In this document: piece after piece, positions 14,727-23,384 of the stretch
Layout: each line of letters opens with the position of its first letter
Numbering within the stretch: the first letter of the stretch is position 1
Source of the DNA: a bacterium
Lineage (GTDB): Bacteria > Patescibacteriota > Minisyncoccia > UBA6257 > JACOXY01
NCBI GenBank assembly: GCA_030680955.1
Contig: JAUXUB010000016.1
Span: forward strand, 1 to 41,035
Direction of reading: 5' to 3'
DNA: 41,035 bases
Translations under genes and position numbers: made by a program
The notes under the pieces: model-generated
Seen by the model: only the letters and a program-made list of their open reading frames with translations
Told to the model about the DNA's origin: nothing
Database searches by the model: none

Positions 14727-16280
14727 TTATGGTTGGACTATCTGGTCTCCTACAAGTATGCCGGAGAGCACTTCAATGTCCCCCTTCGAACCTTTAAGTC
14801 CAGTGGTTACTTGTATTTCTTCCACTAAGCTGTTATTTAAGATTTTTACATACTTTATTCCATCCCTAGTTATAATTGAGCGTTGTGGAATAGTTATAAC
14901 ATTTTCTTTTCTTGCAGTTTCAATGTCTACGTTAGCCGTCATACCAGACCTAATACGATTATCAATTTTCGTAAAACGAAAAATTGTTTTATAAGTTGGC
15001 ACTCCTTCAAGAACTGTTTCTCCGGGATCGATAAAAGCAACTTTAGCTTCAAAGACGACATCACTACCATATGCGTCTAGCGTTACCTTGGCTATATCTC
15101 CAATATTCACTTTGGTAAAATCTGCTTCTGGTAAGAATGCTTCGATTTCAAATTCGTAATCAGATAAAATTGAAACAAGTTTTTGATTCATAGAAGCGCT
15201 TTCACCAATTTTCGCATCTTGTTTAGAAATTACGCCACTAAACGGAGCATAAATAATTGTCTTGGAAACTTCAGCTTGTGCGCTTTGTACCCTCGCCTTT
15301 GAAAACATAACCTGGGCTTCTTGCGCTTTTACTTCCTCGGCTGTAGAACCAGCTAATTTAAGATCAAGCTCATTTTGTATTTTTTGAATAGTTAACTTTT
15401 GACTTCCAATTGATTGACTTAAACCAGTAACATTTTCTGATGCCGTAATAATATTTGTTCGCGCTAAACTAATATTAGTTCTGTAGGTGTTAAGTGATGT
15501 GTCACTTATGGTGCAGCCAGTAACCAAAGTTTCGTTAATTTTTTGAAGAAGAGTTCGTACTACATCTAAATTTGTAGTAGTGTGAACTAAAATGTTTTCT
15601 AGATCAAATCGTGACGTTGCAGACGTGATAGAATCAATTTCATTTTTCCAATTATCTAAAACCGTCTCACTTTTCAATCGTAGATTTCTAGCATCCGACT
15701 CTGCGTTATAGGCACATGTTGTGTAAGTAAATTGATACACGCTTGATTTAAAACCAGAAAATATACCAGCTGTTTTTATTCTTACGGCATCATCTGCTTT
15801 TATATAAGCATTTTCAGAAACATTTTTTACATTATCATAATAATTTTCTAAATCGTGTTTAGACTTATCAAGTTCTGATTGTTTAACTTGAATATCTTCT
15901 TTGCGCGTTCCTTTTAAAATTTCATCTAATTTCGCCTGATCTACCTGAAGCTCTGCGTTCGCTTGGCTAAGTGCCGCACTTACATCTCTATTTTCTAATG
16001 CAACAAGTGGTTCGCCTGTCATAACTTTATCTCCAACTTTTACATAAGTATTTGAAATTTTGCCAGATTTTTCAAAAGATAAATCTGCGGTAAGTGAAGA
16101 TTTTACTTTTCCGGTCACGCTCACCTCTTGAATTACACTTCCACTTGTCGCAGAAATTGTATTTGTTACTGGTTTTGTATTATTTCCAAAGTATAGATAT
16201 AGACCCGTAAGTACAACAATTGCTACTAACGCTATTGCATACGGTCTTCCTTTAATAATCTTTTTAATTTTTGCGGACAT
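14727..16280 (-). CDS. HlyD/MacA-type periplasmic adaptor (membrane fusion protein)
   Basis: N-terminal TM segment, lipoyl-like segments, a long coiled-coil and a C-terminal beta-barrel. First gene of the three-gene efflux operon. Confidence 0.8.
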   Translation of the reverse strand: MSAKIKKIIKGRPYAIALVAIVVLTGLYLYFGNNTKPVTNTISATSGSVIQEVSVTGKVKSSLTADLSFEKSGKISNTYVKVGDKVMTGEPLVALENRDVSAALSQANAELQVDQAKLDEILKGTRKEDIQVKQSELDKSKHDLENYYDNVKNVSENAYIKADDAVRIKTAGIFSGFKSSVYQFTYTTCAYNAESDARNLRLKSETVLDNWKNEIDSITSATSRFDLENILVHTTTNLDVVRTLLQKINETLVTGCTISDTSLNTYRTNISLARTNIITASENVTGLSQSIGSQKLTIQKIQNELDLKLAGSTAEEVKAQEAQVMFSKARVQSAQAEVSKTIIYAPFSGVISKQDAKIGESASMNQKLVSILSDYEFEIEAFLPEADFTKVNIGDIAKVTLDAYGSDVVFEAKVAFIDPGETVLEGVPTYKTIFRFTKIDNRIRSGMTANVDIETARKENVITIPQRSIITRDGIKYVKILNNSLVEEIQVTTGLKGSKGDIEVLSGILVGDQIVQP

Positions 16281-16347
16281 AAAATGTATTTATATTAATA
16301 TTTGGATTATATATTAAATAAATAGGTAATTCAATAACCCAGCACAT

Positions 16348-16493
16348 AACCCAGCACTGAATTTCGGATATGATAATTACTAGTTTATTTATTTATTGCG
16401 CGGCAATCGTCTCAACTCCAAGTAATGAACTGAATAAGTTTCGACTTCATTTATTCTATATCTATTAACTAAACCAAAAATTAGTGCTGGGTT
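16348..16493. repeat. Possible fourth MITE-like unit (about 146 bp)
   Basis: The ends ATAACCCAGCACTGAATTT and AAAATTAGTGCTGGGTTTTAT form an 11-bp perfect, roughly 18-bp imperfect inverted repeat. Single copy in the window. Confidence 0.35.
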
Positions 16494-16547
16494 TTATTAC
16501 TGCTAAAATATTTTCTTCGCTAAAAACTTGAAAATATTAAGCAAGTA

Positions 16548-16576
16548 ATAAAAAAGCGGAGCTCGTGAGAGCTCCG
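16548..16576 (-). terminator. Rho-independent terminator ending the tyrA-trpD transcription unit
   Basis: The minus strand reads CGGAGCTC-TCAC-GAGCTCCG followed by CTTTTTTATT. Confidence 0.7.
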
Positions 16577-16723
16577 TTAAAAATGAGGTGGACGACTATT
16601 TAAAGTCTTATGCGCGAGGGGCGCGGTAGATGGATTTAGAATCCATTAAATTTTAGCGGTATTAAGTTATCAAAGAATCCTTAATAGTATACACCAAAGT
16701 CGCAATATTAAAAATGCAGAACT

Positions 16724-16856
16724 GTGGATAACCGGGTAGTGAAAATACGAGCGTTTTTTAAGGTTTTTGAACGAAAAATTTGGAATATCTAAGTTAAAGA
16801 GAATGTTCTCGAGTTAGTATTTGTTTCAAAACTCGTATTTCTACTACCCGGATAAC
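16724..16856. mobile_element. MITE-like element, GGATAACCGGGTAGT family, copy 1
   Basis: Ends are GTGGATAACCGGGTAGTGAAAATACGAGCG and CAAAACTCGTATTTCTACTACCCGGATAAC. The 20-nt TIR core matches at 18 of 20 positions. It lies 9 bp after the trpD stop. Confidence 0.65.
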
Positions 16857-16864
16857 TTTTCAAC

Positions 16865-17902
16865 CTATAGGTTACTAAAATATATAAGCTCTTCTAGGGT
16901 GCTTCGTGCATTTCCACTATAAACTGACTCTTTGGCAAGATTGAGCCCTTTATTCAAATTAACTGCAAGGCCAGATACAACTATTGCAGCCGCAGCATTT
17001 ATAAGGGCAATATCGCGATGAGTACTTGGCAACCTTGGATCTAAACAAATTTTTATTATTAAAGCATTTTCTTTTGGTGAACCTCCTAATATTTCTGAAA
17101 TATTATTCCGTTTAATTCCAAAACTTTCCGGAACAATTTTGTAATGTGTAACTATTCCAAAATTAAGATCTGCGACTTCAGTTTCACCAAGAGTAGATAT
17201 TTCATCTAGACAGCCAGCGCCGTGAACTACAAACGCTCTCTTTATTCGTAAGTTTTTTAATACTTGGCCAATTGGAAAAACTAATTTTGGATCATAAACT
17301 CCAATTACTTGTCGTGTTACATTGGCAGGATTAATAAGCGGTCCAAGCAAATTAAATACTGTACGAGTGCCTATACGTGCACGATCCGGTGCAACAAATT
17401 TTAGAACTGGATGAAACAATGGGGCAAACAAAAAACCTATCCCAACTTGATCAATGCAATACGCAACTTGAGCGGGTGTTAAGTTTATTTTTACGCCAAG
17501 TTCTTTGAGCACATCGGCGCTACCACATTTCGAAGATATTGCTACAGAACCATGCTTTGCAATTTTTACTCCAGCACCAGCTGCAATAAAAGCAGCAGCT
17601 GTTGAAATATTAAATGTATTTGTGTTGTCACCACCCGTGCCACAGACATCTACTAGTGGATATGAACTTGCATTTACTTTTATACTATTCCTTCGTAGTG
17701 CTCTAGCAAATCCGGTAATCTCATCTACGGTCGCACCTTTTATTTGGAGTGCTGTAAGAAATTCTTTTATTTGACGATGCGTAATATTGCGAGCCGCAAT
17801 TTGATTCATTAATCTTTTAGCTTCTAATTCATTAAGATCTTTTCCTGAAATTACTTTGTTGATTAATATTTTTGGATCAGTTCGGAAATTTAAGTTCCAC
17901 AT
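16865..17902 (-). CDS. trpD: Anthranilate phosphoribosyltransferase
   Basis: The GTGGD motif (VCGTGGDNTNTFNIST), KHGSVAISSKCGSADVLE and overall length are typical of TrpD. Confidence 0.85.
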   Translation of the reverse strand: MWNLNFRTDPKILINKVISGKDLNELEAKRLMNQIAARNITHRQIKEFLTALQIKGATVDEITGFARALRRNSIKVNASSYPLVDVCGTGGDNTNTFNISTAAAFIAAGAGVKIAKHGSVAISSKCGSADVLKELGVKINLTPAQVAYCIDQVGIGFLFAPLFHPVLKFVAPDRARIGTRTVFNLLGPLINPANVTRQVIGVYDPKLVFPIGQVLKNLRIKRAFVVHGAGCLDEISTLGETEVADLNFGIVTHYKIVPESFGIKRNNISEILGGSPKENALIIKICLDPRLPSTHRDIALINAAAAIVVSGLAVNLNKGLNLAKESVYSGNARSTLEELIYFSNL

Positions 17903-18973
17903 TTAAGTCACCGATTCCTTAATTAAGCCACGCTCAGCCATTTGCGCCAAAGCATCTTTAATCATATGCGAATTTTTAGGGCAATCTAGCCCAACTAAAA
18001 AACGAATGCCATCCATAGTTCTAAACGAATGAATACTAGATAGATTAACCCCAGCCCGAGCAAAGATTCCGGTTATAGCGGCAAGAAGCCCAGGTCTGTT
18101 GTCTCTAATATTTAATACAAGCTGATGTTCGCTTCCACGATCGGCAAGCAACTGACTTAATTCCTCAAAAAGTCCATATGCATCATCGAGGACATTTGGA
18201 CCAAAATGATCCCGATCTAAAATGAATTTATCTACAAACTCTGATTTTTTTTGCATTACAACAGTTTCCACCAACTCATTTAGTTCAAGAGCAGCTTGGC
18301 CTAAGACTTTAGGCATATGAGGATTCAACATTTGTATATCGGCGTAAAGTTCAGCATCCTGTTTCAAGATTCGTCCGATTAAACTTAAAGCAATCCGATA
18401 GACAGGGCTAGCGAAACTAAGAGTCTCTTCTACGTTTATGTTTAGTGATCGTATTGTGGATGCCATTGTACGTTGCATCGCATGAATCAACCCTTGCACA
18501 ATTGCCATTATTTGGTCGTGTTTCTCAGGACTACATCTTTTGATCTTAGCCTCAGTCCAAGAAAGAAATTTATCGAGCCATTCGTGCCAACGATAAAGAC
18601 GTTCTGGGCATACAATTAGAGTTTGTCCGCGGAGGGATCTAGTGGTGGGAGCACACATAGGATGCAGCCCTACAACTTCCGCGCGTGATTCTAACATAGC
18701 TAGAACTGGCGCAGTTTTGATAGAAGCTACATCCATCCAGAGCTGAACTGATCTTCCAAATTCAACCAAGCTCTTTATAACCTTAACAATTTCGATTGGC
18801 GGCACAGAAAATATAACCACATCAGATTTCTTTACAACTTCTATATTGCGAGCATTAATTTCAGGACCATCTACAATATCAGAACCAATAACATTGCATC
18901 CAAAATCAATAAATAATTGTTCTAGAAATTTACCCTCTTTACCCTTAATTCCGATAATTCCTACCGTTTCCAT
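17903..18973 (-). CDS. tyrA: Prephenate dehydrogenase with C-terminal ACT domain
   Basis: Rossmann N-terminus, DVASIK...GLHPMCAP...EKHDQIMAIVQGLIH...LYADIQMLNP, and an ACT-like tail. Its stop abuts the trpD ATG (TAAATG). Confidence 0.75.
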   Translation of the reverse strand: METVGIIGIKGKEGKFLEQLFIDFGCNVIGSDIVDGPEINARNIEVVKKSDVVIFSVPPIEIVKVIKSLVEFGRSVQLWMDVASIKTAPVLAMLESRAEVVGLHPMCAPTTRSLRGQTLIVCPERLYRWHEWLDKFLSWTEAKIKRCSPEKHDQIMAIVQGLIHAMQRTMASTIRSLNINVEETLSFASPVYRIALSLIGRILKQDAELYADIQMLNPHMPKVLGQAALELNELVETVVMQKKSEFVDKFILDRDHFGPNVLDDAYGLFEELSQLLADRGSEHQLVLNIRDNRPGLLAAITGIFARAGVNLSSIHSFRTMDGIRFLVGLDCPKNSHMIKDALAQMAERGLIKESVT

Positions 18974-19048
18974 TTGTACGCCTTTCCTTTTTCAATTAGC
19001 AATTCTACTGTTTTGTACAATAACACGTACTTATTTATCTGTAAAATT

Positions 19049-19075
19049 AAAAAACCGATATCAAATTGATATCGG
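19049..19075 (-). terminator. Rho-independent terminator of ORF 19084-19377
   Basis: The minus strand reads CCGATATCA-ATT-TGATATCGG followed by TTTTTAATTTT. Confidence 0.65.
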
Positions 19076-19083
19076 ATAGAGCA

Positions 19084-19377
19084 TTATTCACGCCTTATAC
19101 GAAAGGTACGAATTGGATGCTCTTCAACTATTGCACCTAAAATTTCATAATAGTGATCATCACAGAGATCACCTGCGCTTGTGTGGTTGCGTCCTGTTAT
19201 TGCGGTATGTAATTCTTCGCCGCCATATGCACATTTATCTGCTGGTATAATCAAGTCTCCTCTATCCATGCGCTCAATAAATTCCTTAACTGACATTGCT
19301 GGCATAAATGAAATTCTAGCTTTATTATTTTTCTTTTCTTTTCTTTTTTGAAGAAATTCTTTAGCAGTCATTGCCAT
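19084..19377 (-). CDS. Hypothetical protein (97 aa)
   Basis: The ORF has a downstream terminator. No family recognised. Confidence 0.45.
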   Translation of the reverse strand: MAMTAKEFLQKRKEKKNNKARISFMPAMSVKEFIERMDRGDLIIPADKCAYGGEELHTAITGRNHTSAGDLCDDHYYEILGAIVEEHPIRTFRIRRE

Positions 19378-19482
19378 ACCATTACCTCCAAGCTGATTTA
19401 GGAACTAAAACAATTATAGCAGTAAATGACTAATATTCAAAATAAGTAATATTATTCTACTAATTGGAATACTGGGAATATA

Positions 19483-20361
19483 TTAAATTTTTACAACCAA
19501 GCTCTTTAGTTTATTTTCAATCATTTGAATTGGATAAAGATCTTTGGCATAAATTTCAATTAGTCTTATTCCAGATTTCCTACAGAGCATTCTCTTTCTT
19601 TTAATAGCTCGGTCATAGCGCGGACTATCTTTAGCTAGACCAAAATATTCTATAAAAGTTTTTTCACTAATACTCCAATCTGCACGATGTCCTGTTTTTG
19701 GATATGGAGCTTCTCTTTTGTGAGAAATATTATTTTTAGTCAACCAATCATCAATAATCGCTTCGGAAATAGAATCACAATTATGACCATCACTAGCAAC
19801 TGTATTTGATCGTTTGTACATGCGCTGACTATGTGAACGGTGGGGCATAAGACCAGCTGCAAGGATGGCTTTATTCCAAGAACCAAATTCCCTAATGCAC
19901 GCATCTACAATAAACATAGCCTCACGTTTTGCTGGAGTGCGCCCCAATGCTTTAGACATAAATTGTAATTTATTGATAAGCGCTTGTGGTGTATGAATTT
20001 TTCGCACAGACCATAGACACTTCCTGCTACAATATTTTGTACTGCCTTTTATTTTAACCCCACAATTAGCACAAATCTTAAAACCCGGCCCGCGTTTTGG
20101 GAACTTTTGATCGTTGATATGAGCGGCACAACTTCTTGAACAATAACTATGGTCTACTTTAAGAATTTGATTCGGGCAACGATAAAATCTGTTTTCACAT
20201 TCTGCATTACTGCAATGCAATTCCAAGCTCGTAACTTTTGACTTAGTCATGCATTGTTTGGAACAGTATTGTTTCCATTTAAATTTCTTTGCTTCATTTA
20301 CCCGCCCTTGCGGCCGTAAAAATATTTTTTTACACAAGGCGCATTTTACTTGAATATTCAT
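19483..20361 (-). CDS. Zinc-ribbon repeat protein with homing-endonuclease-associated repeat and C-terminal PD-(D/E)xK-like nuclease-type domain
   Basis: Three YCSxxC/CxxC zinc-ribbon units. LGRTPAKREAMFIVDACIREFGSWNKAILAAGL resembles the HNH-associated repeat. The tail ...SEAIIDDWL...ADWSI..KTFIEYFGL...GIRLIEI resembles Vsr/restriction-endonuclease-like folds. Motif-level call only. Confidence 0.45.
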   Translation of the reverse strand: MNIQVKCALCKKIFLRPQGRVNEAKKFKWKQYCSKQCMTKSKVTSLELHCSNAECENRFYRCPNQILKVDHSYCSRSCAAHINDQKFPKRGPGFKICANCGVKIKGSTKYCSRKCLWSVRKIHTPQALINKLQFMSKALGRTPAKREAMFIVDACIREFGSWNKAILAAGLMPHRSHSQRMYKRSNTVASDGHNCDSISEAIIDDWLTKNNISHKREAPYPKTGHRADWSISEKTFIEYFGLAKDSPRYDRAIKRKRMLCRKSGIRLIEIYAKDLYPIQMIENKLKSLVVKI

Positions 20362-20435
20362 ATTCTGACATTATAACATAAATTCGGATCAATAGGATTC
20401 GAAATATTTTATATGTAATTAATTCTGAATAAATT

Positions 20436-20460
20436 AAAAAACAACGATGCGTTGTTTTTT
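20436..20460 (-). terminator. Terminator downstream of tRNA-Pro(CGG)
   Basis: AAAAAA-CAACG-ATG-CGTTG-TTTTTT. It is symmetric and works on both strands. Confidence 0.6.
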
Positions 20461-20469
20461 AATTATGTG

Positions 20470-20541
20470 TCGGGCCGCCGGGACTTGCACCCGGAATCAC
20501 ACGAACCCGAATCGTGTATGTTTCTGTTACACCACGGCCCG
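20470..20541 (-). tRNA. tRNA-Pro (anticodon CGG) candidate with non-canonical D and T loops, no encoded CCA
   Basis: The minus strand reads CGGGCCG TG GTGT-AACAGAA-ACAT A CACGA-TTCGGGT-TCGTG TGATT CCGGG-TGCAAGT-CCCGG CGGCCCG A. The cloverleaf is good, but the D loop has no GG and the T loop is TGCAAGT. Confidence 0.6.
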
Positions 20542-20553
20542 AATCTTATAAGA

Positions 20554-21318
20554 TCACTGTTTAATATCCGGATCTTTTCCTAGTAATTTTTCCACAAACA
20601 CCTCTTTTTCAATTTCAAGTATTGTCATTAAACGTTCGCGTTCTTCTGGTGTAATATTATCTGCAATATTTTTTCTAGCTTCCGCTACAGACTTACGATA
20701 ATTTTTCTTTATTTGAGACAAGGCTTCTGCGTCTACAAAACTTTCTACTTTACCGTCATCGCCATATTCCCTTATCTCTTTAAGTTTTCCAGTTTCACTG
20801 TCGTAGATTGTTTCGGCCGTCGTAATTCCAAACTCAATCTTAAGGCATCGTTCTATAATTCCTGTTTTTTTATTTATATATTCAGCGACTTCTATGCCTT
20901 CTTCCGTTATGAAACGGTCCACGAAATAATCCCCATCGTCTTCACGCGATAATTTTTCAATATCAAAATTCTCTAAAACTCTTTCTATTCTATCTTCGAT
21001 TTTTGGTTTTGTGTCTTTAACGGCTAAGTATGCTTCGAGTTTTTTTCGCTCAATATCTTTTAGAGCTTTCCAATCTTCAAATCGAGTAAGTTCACCAGTA
21101 GCGTCATCATAATTAAACCCATGATCTGGTTCTTCGGTTTCAGGATTCAAATAGACATCACCTACTTTTATATTACCTTTAAAAAACTCTCTTCGCTCTG
21201 CCTTGTGAGTTAGACCATTCACGTGTCTAAGTTCTCTTAGATTATCTTTACCAAAAAGCTCCATCACAAACCCCTCGCTTCCTTCTTGCTCATTATTATT
21301 ATTTATTTGTTTCTCCAT
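20554..21318 (-). CDS. Hypothetical acidic protein (254 aa)
   Basis: Long ORF, Glu/Asp/Lys-rich, TGA stop. No family recognised. Confidence 0.5.
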   Translation of the reverse strand: MEKQINNNNEQEGSEGFVMELFGKDNLRELRHVNGLTHKAERREFFKGNIKVGDVYLNPETEEPDHGFNYDDATGELTRFEDWKALKDIERKKLEAYLAVKDTKPKIEDRIERVLENFDIEKLSREDDGDYFVDRFITEEGIEVAEYINKKTGIIERCLKIEFGITTAETIYDSETGKLKEIREYGDDGKVESFVDAEALSQIKKNYRKSVAEARKNIADNITPEERERLMTILEIEKEVFVEKLLGKDPDIKQ

Positions 21319-21336
21319 TTTATTTATTATTAAAAA

Positions 21337-22896
21337 TCACTTCACGTAATGCTTTTGTTTCATTTTTTGTTCTTCCCCTGCTTCAAATTCATCTTTAGTG
21401 CTTTTTGCTTTTTTAGCAAGCTGATGCAATTCTTTATCAGATAATTTATTTAATATTTTAATTCTTAATTCTAGATTCTCTATCGTGTTTCTTAAAGGAT
21501 CTTCTATTACTTCTTCTAATAATATAGAAAGTATCGCCCCAATTTTTGGACCTGGTGGAATATCTAGCAATCGCATCAAATCATCTCCTTTAACTAAAAG
21601 CATTTTGGGGCTTATTGGATCTCGCTTTACCTTCTCTATCATAAAAAGAAGATGGCGAAGTTTATATGGTACAGCCTTAGGAACTCCAGAACCAATTCTA
21701 TCCGCTTCACGAACTTTTATCAAATCGTCAATATTTTCTGGTCCAACTCTTGCTATAAAACGGCGTACACCAGATGGTGTTACTTCGCCAACGTTATAAT
21801 AAAATAAATGATACCTTACTAGATGAGCCACCTGCTCGATTAGGTCTTTGTTAAAATGAAGTCGATCCATTATTTTTACAGCCATTTTCCCTCCGATTAT
21901 ATCGTGTCCATAAAATGTAGAATCTGGACCATTGCCACGCTTACTCTTTGGTTTTCCAACATCATGCAAAAGTGATGCTAGACGAATGTGAAGAGGATAA
22001 TTTTTAGAAACTGCGTAATCAAGAGCTCTTAAATTATGTTCCCAAACAGAATATATATGATGTTTATTTTGTCCCACGTCTATACCTTCTCTAAGTTCTG
22101 GCATAATGTGTCGAAGTAATCCATAATCTTCCAGTATTTGAACTCCATCTTTAGCGCGACTAGACAATATTATTTTTTGAAATTCATCTCTAATTCGTTC
22201 TTTAGCAATAGCCTCAAGCAACCCACTGTGATGTAAAATAGCAGCTCCAGTTTCGCCGTCAATTTTAAAGCCGAGTTCGGATGCAAAACGTATCGCACGC
22301 ATCATTCGAAGCGCATCTTCGGTAAATCGTTCCTCGGGCTTACCCACTGTTTTAATGAGTTTAGCTTTTAAATCGCCCTGACCTCCATATGGATCCACCA
22401 ATTGCAGATTTTTTAAATCAATCTTTGTTTCGTTTTCAGTACTTAAGCCATCAACAATAAAATCTTTAGTATCAGATGACCAGCCAAGAGCTAGTGAATT
22501 AATCGTGAAATCGCGACGCGACAAATCTTCTTCAACTGTCTTTGCAAAAGAAATTGAATCTGGATGTCGCTTATCGGTATATTTGCCCTCTTTTCTAAAA
22601 GTAGTAATCTCTACTATTTTAGCTTTCAACTCCGACGCTGCGGTCGGAGTCCGGACCTCTTCGAGCGTCGGGATTTTCACCCCAACAGTTCCAAATTGAT
22701 TCTCATAAACACTATCAGGAAATAATTTTTGAACTTCATCTGGCTTAGCATTTGTCGTTATATCCCAGTCTTTTGGTTCGCGACCAAGTAAAATATCTCG
22801 TACGCAACCACCTACAAGATACGCCTCAAAATTAGCTTTTCTCAAAACCCTTAAAATTTTATTAACTTCAATTGGTATATGAATTTCTTTAGACAT
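21337..22896 (-). CDS. cca: CCA-adding tRNA nucleotidyltransferase with HD domain
   Basis: LVGGCVRDILLGREPKDWDITT, RRDFTINSLA, an HD motif (LLHDVGKP) and a C-terminal extension. Confidence 0.85.
   Translation of the reverse strand: MSKEIHIPIEVNKILRVLRKANFEAYLVGGCVRDILLGREPKDWDITTNAKPDEVQKLFPDSVYENQFGTVGVKIPTLEEVRTPTAASELKAKIVEITTFRKEGKYTDKRHPDSISFAKTVEEDLSRRDFTINSLALGWSSDTKDFIVDGLSTENETKIDLKNLQLVDPYGGQGDLKAKLIKTVGKPEERFTEDALRMMRAIRFASELGFKIDGETGAAILHHSGLLEAIAKERIRDEFQKIILSSRAKDGVQILEDYGLLRHIMPELREGIDVGQNKHHIYSVWEHNLRALDYAVSKNYPLHIRLASLLHDVGKPKSKRGNGPDSTFYGHDIIGGKMAVKIMDRLHFNKDLIEQVAHLVRYHLFYYNVGEVTPSGVRRFIARVGPENIDDLIKVREADRIGSGVPKAVPYKLRHLLFMIEKVKRDPISPKMLLVKGDDLMRLLDIPPGPKIGAILSILLEEVIEDPLRNTIENLELRIKILNKLSDKELHQLAKKAKSTKDEFEAGEEQKMKQKHYVK
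22630..22672 (-). repeat. G+C-rich palindromic module inserted in frame in cca
   Basis: The coding strand reads CCCGACGCTCGAAGAGGTCCGGACTCCGACCGCAGCGTCGGAG, encoding PTLEEVRTPTAASE. The 7-bp-stem hairpin CTCCGAC-CGCAGC-GTCGGAG is the same module as in uvrB. Confidence 0.6.
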
Positions 22897-22925
22897 AGTG
22901 TTAATAATAGCGCAAAATTATTTAG

Positions 22926-22954
22926 TTGACAAATATGGTATTTTATGATATCTT
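22926..22954 (+). promoter_or_regulatory. Candidate promoter of the 22996-23636 two-gene unit
   Basis: TTGACA (22926-22931), a 17-nt spacer, then TATCTT. Confidence 0.4.
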
Positions 22955-23361
22955 GTTACCAGCAAATTAATCCCCAAATGAAAGGAGGATTAAACTTGGT
23001 ACCAGGTCAGAAACGAAGATTTCGAAAGGGTTGGAGTGAGAGGTTCGACCCGAGGCGGTATCGAAAGGTTTTCCTTAACGGGACATATCCTGGGGGTCAA
23101 AGAAAACTTCTCGGAAGTCACGGGGGTAAATCATATTGCGCTGATTGGACAGAATCGCGAAAGAGGAAAATCATTGATACTCTCCTCGAAAAGGAAACTG
23201 AGGAAATGTCGCTCCTTGATTATTACTTCGACGAATTAAGCGACTATTTCGAAAATGAATGGGACGAGGATGAGGAAGGAGACGAAAAACTGGATAATCA
23301 TAATCACGACGACAATGATGATCTAGATTACGATGCTCTTGATTATTCTGATGTTTTTTAA
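22945..23361 (+). CDS. Hypothetical protein, basic N-terminal half and strongly acidic C-terminal tail
   Basis: The likely true start is TTG 22996, preceded by AAAGGAGGA at a 7-nt spacing. The tail reads ...ENEWDEDEEGDEKLDNHNHDDNDDLDYDALDYSDVF. The region is G+C-richer than its surroundings. Confidence 0.45.
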   Translation: MISCYQQINPQMKGGLNLVPGQKRRFRKGWSERFDPRRYRKVFLNGTYPGGQRKLLGSHGGKSYCADWTESRKRKIIDTLLEKETEEMSLLDYYFDELSDYFENEWDEDEEGDEKLDNHNHDDNDDLDYDALDYSDVF

Positions 23362-23384
23362 GAAATCCGAAACGAAGGGGAGGT

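Noticed and set aside
16590-16720. Small structured ncRNA between MITE copy C1 and the trpD terminator (local hairpins GCGCGAGGGGCGCG and TGGATTTAGAATCCA)
   Set aside because: These are only short local hairpins and match no RNA family I can recognise (SRP, tmRNA, RNase P, 6S). I could not assess conservation. Left unannotated.
16724-16856. Integron attC sites, suggested by conserved ends and variable centre
   Set aside because: No RYYYAAC / GTTRRRY core sites are present at the ends, there is no adjacent intI, and there is no cassette array.
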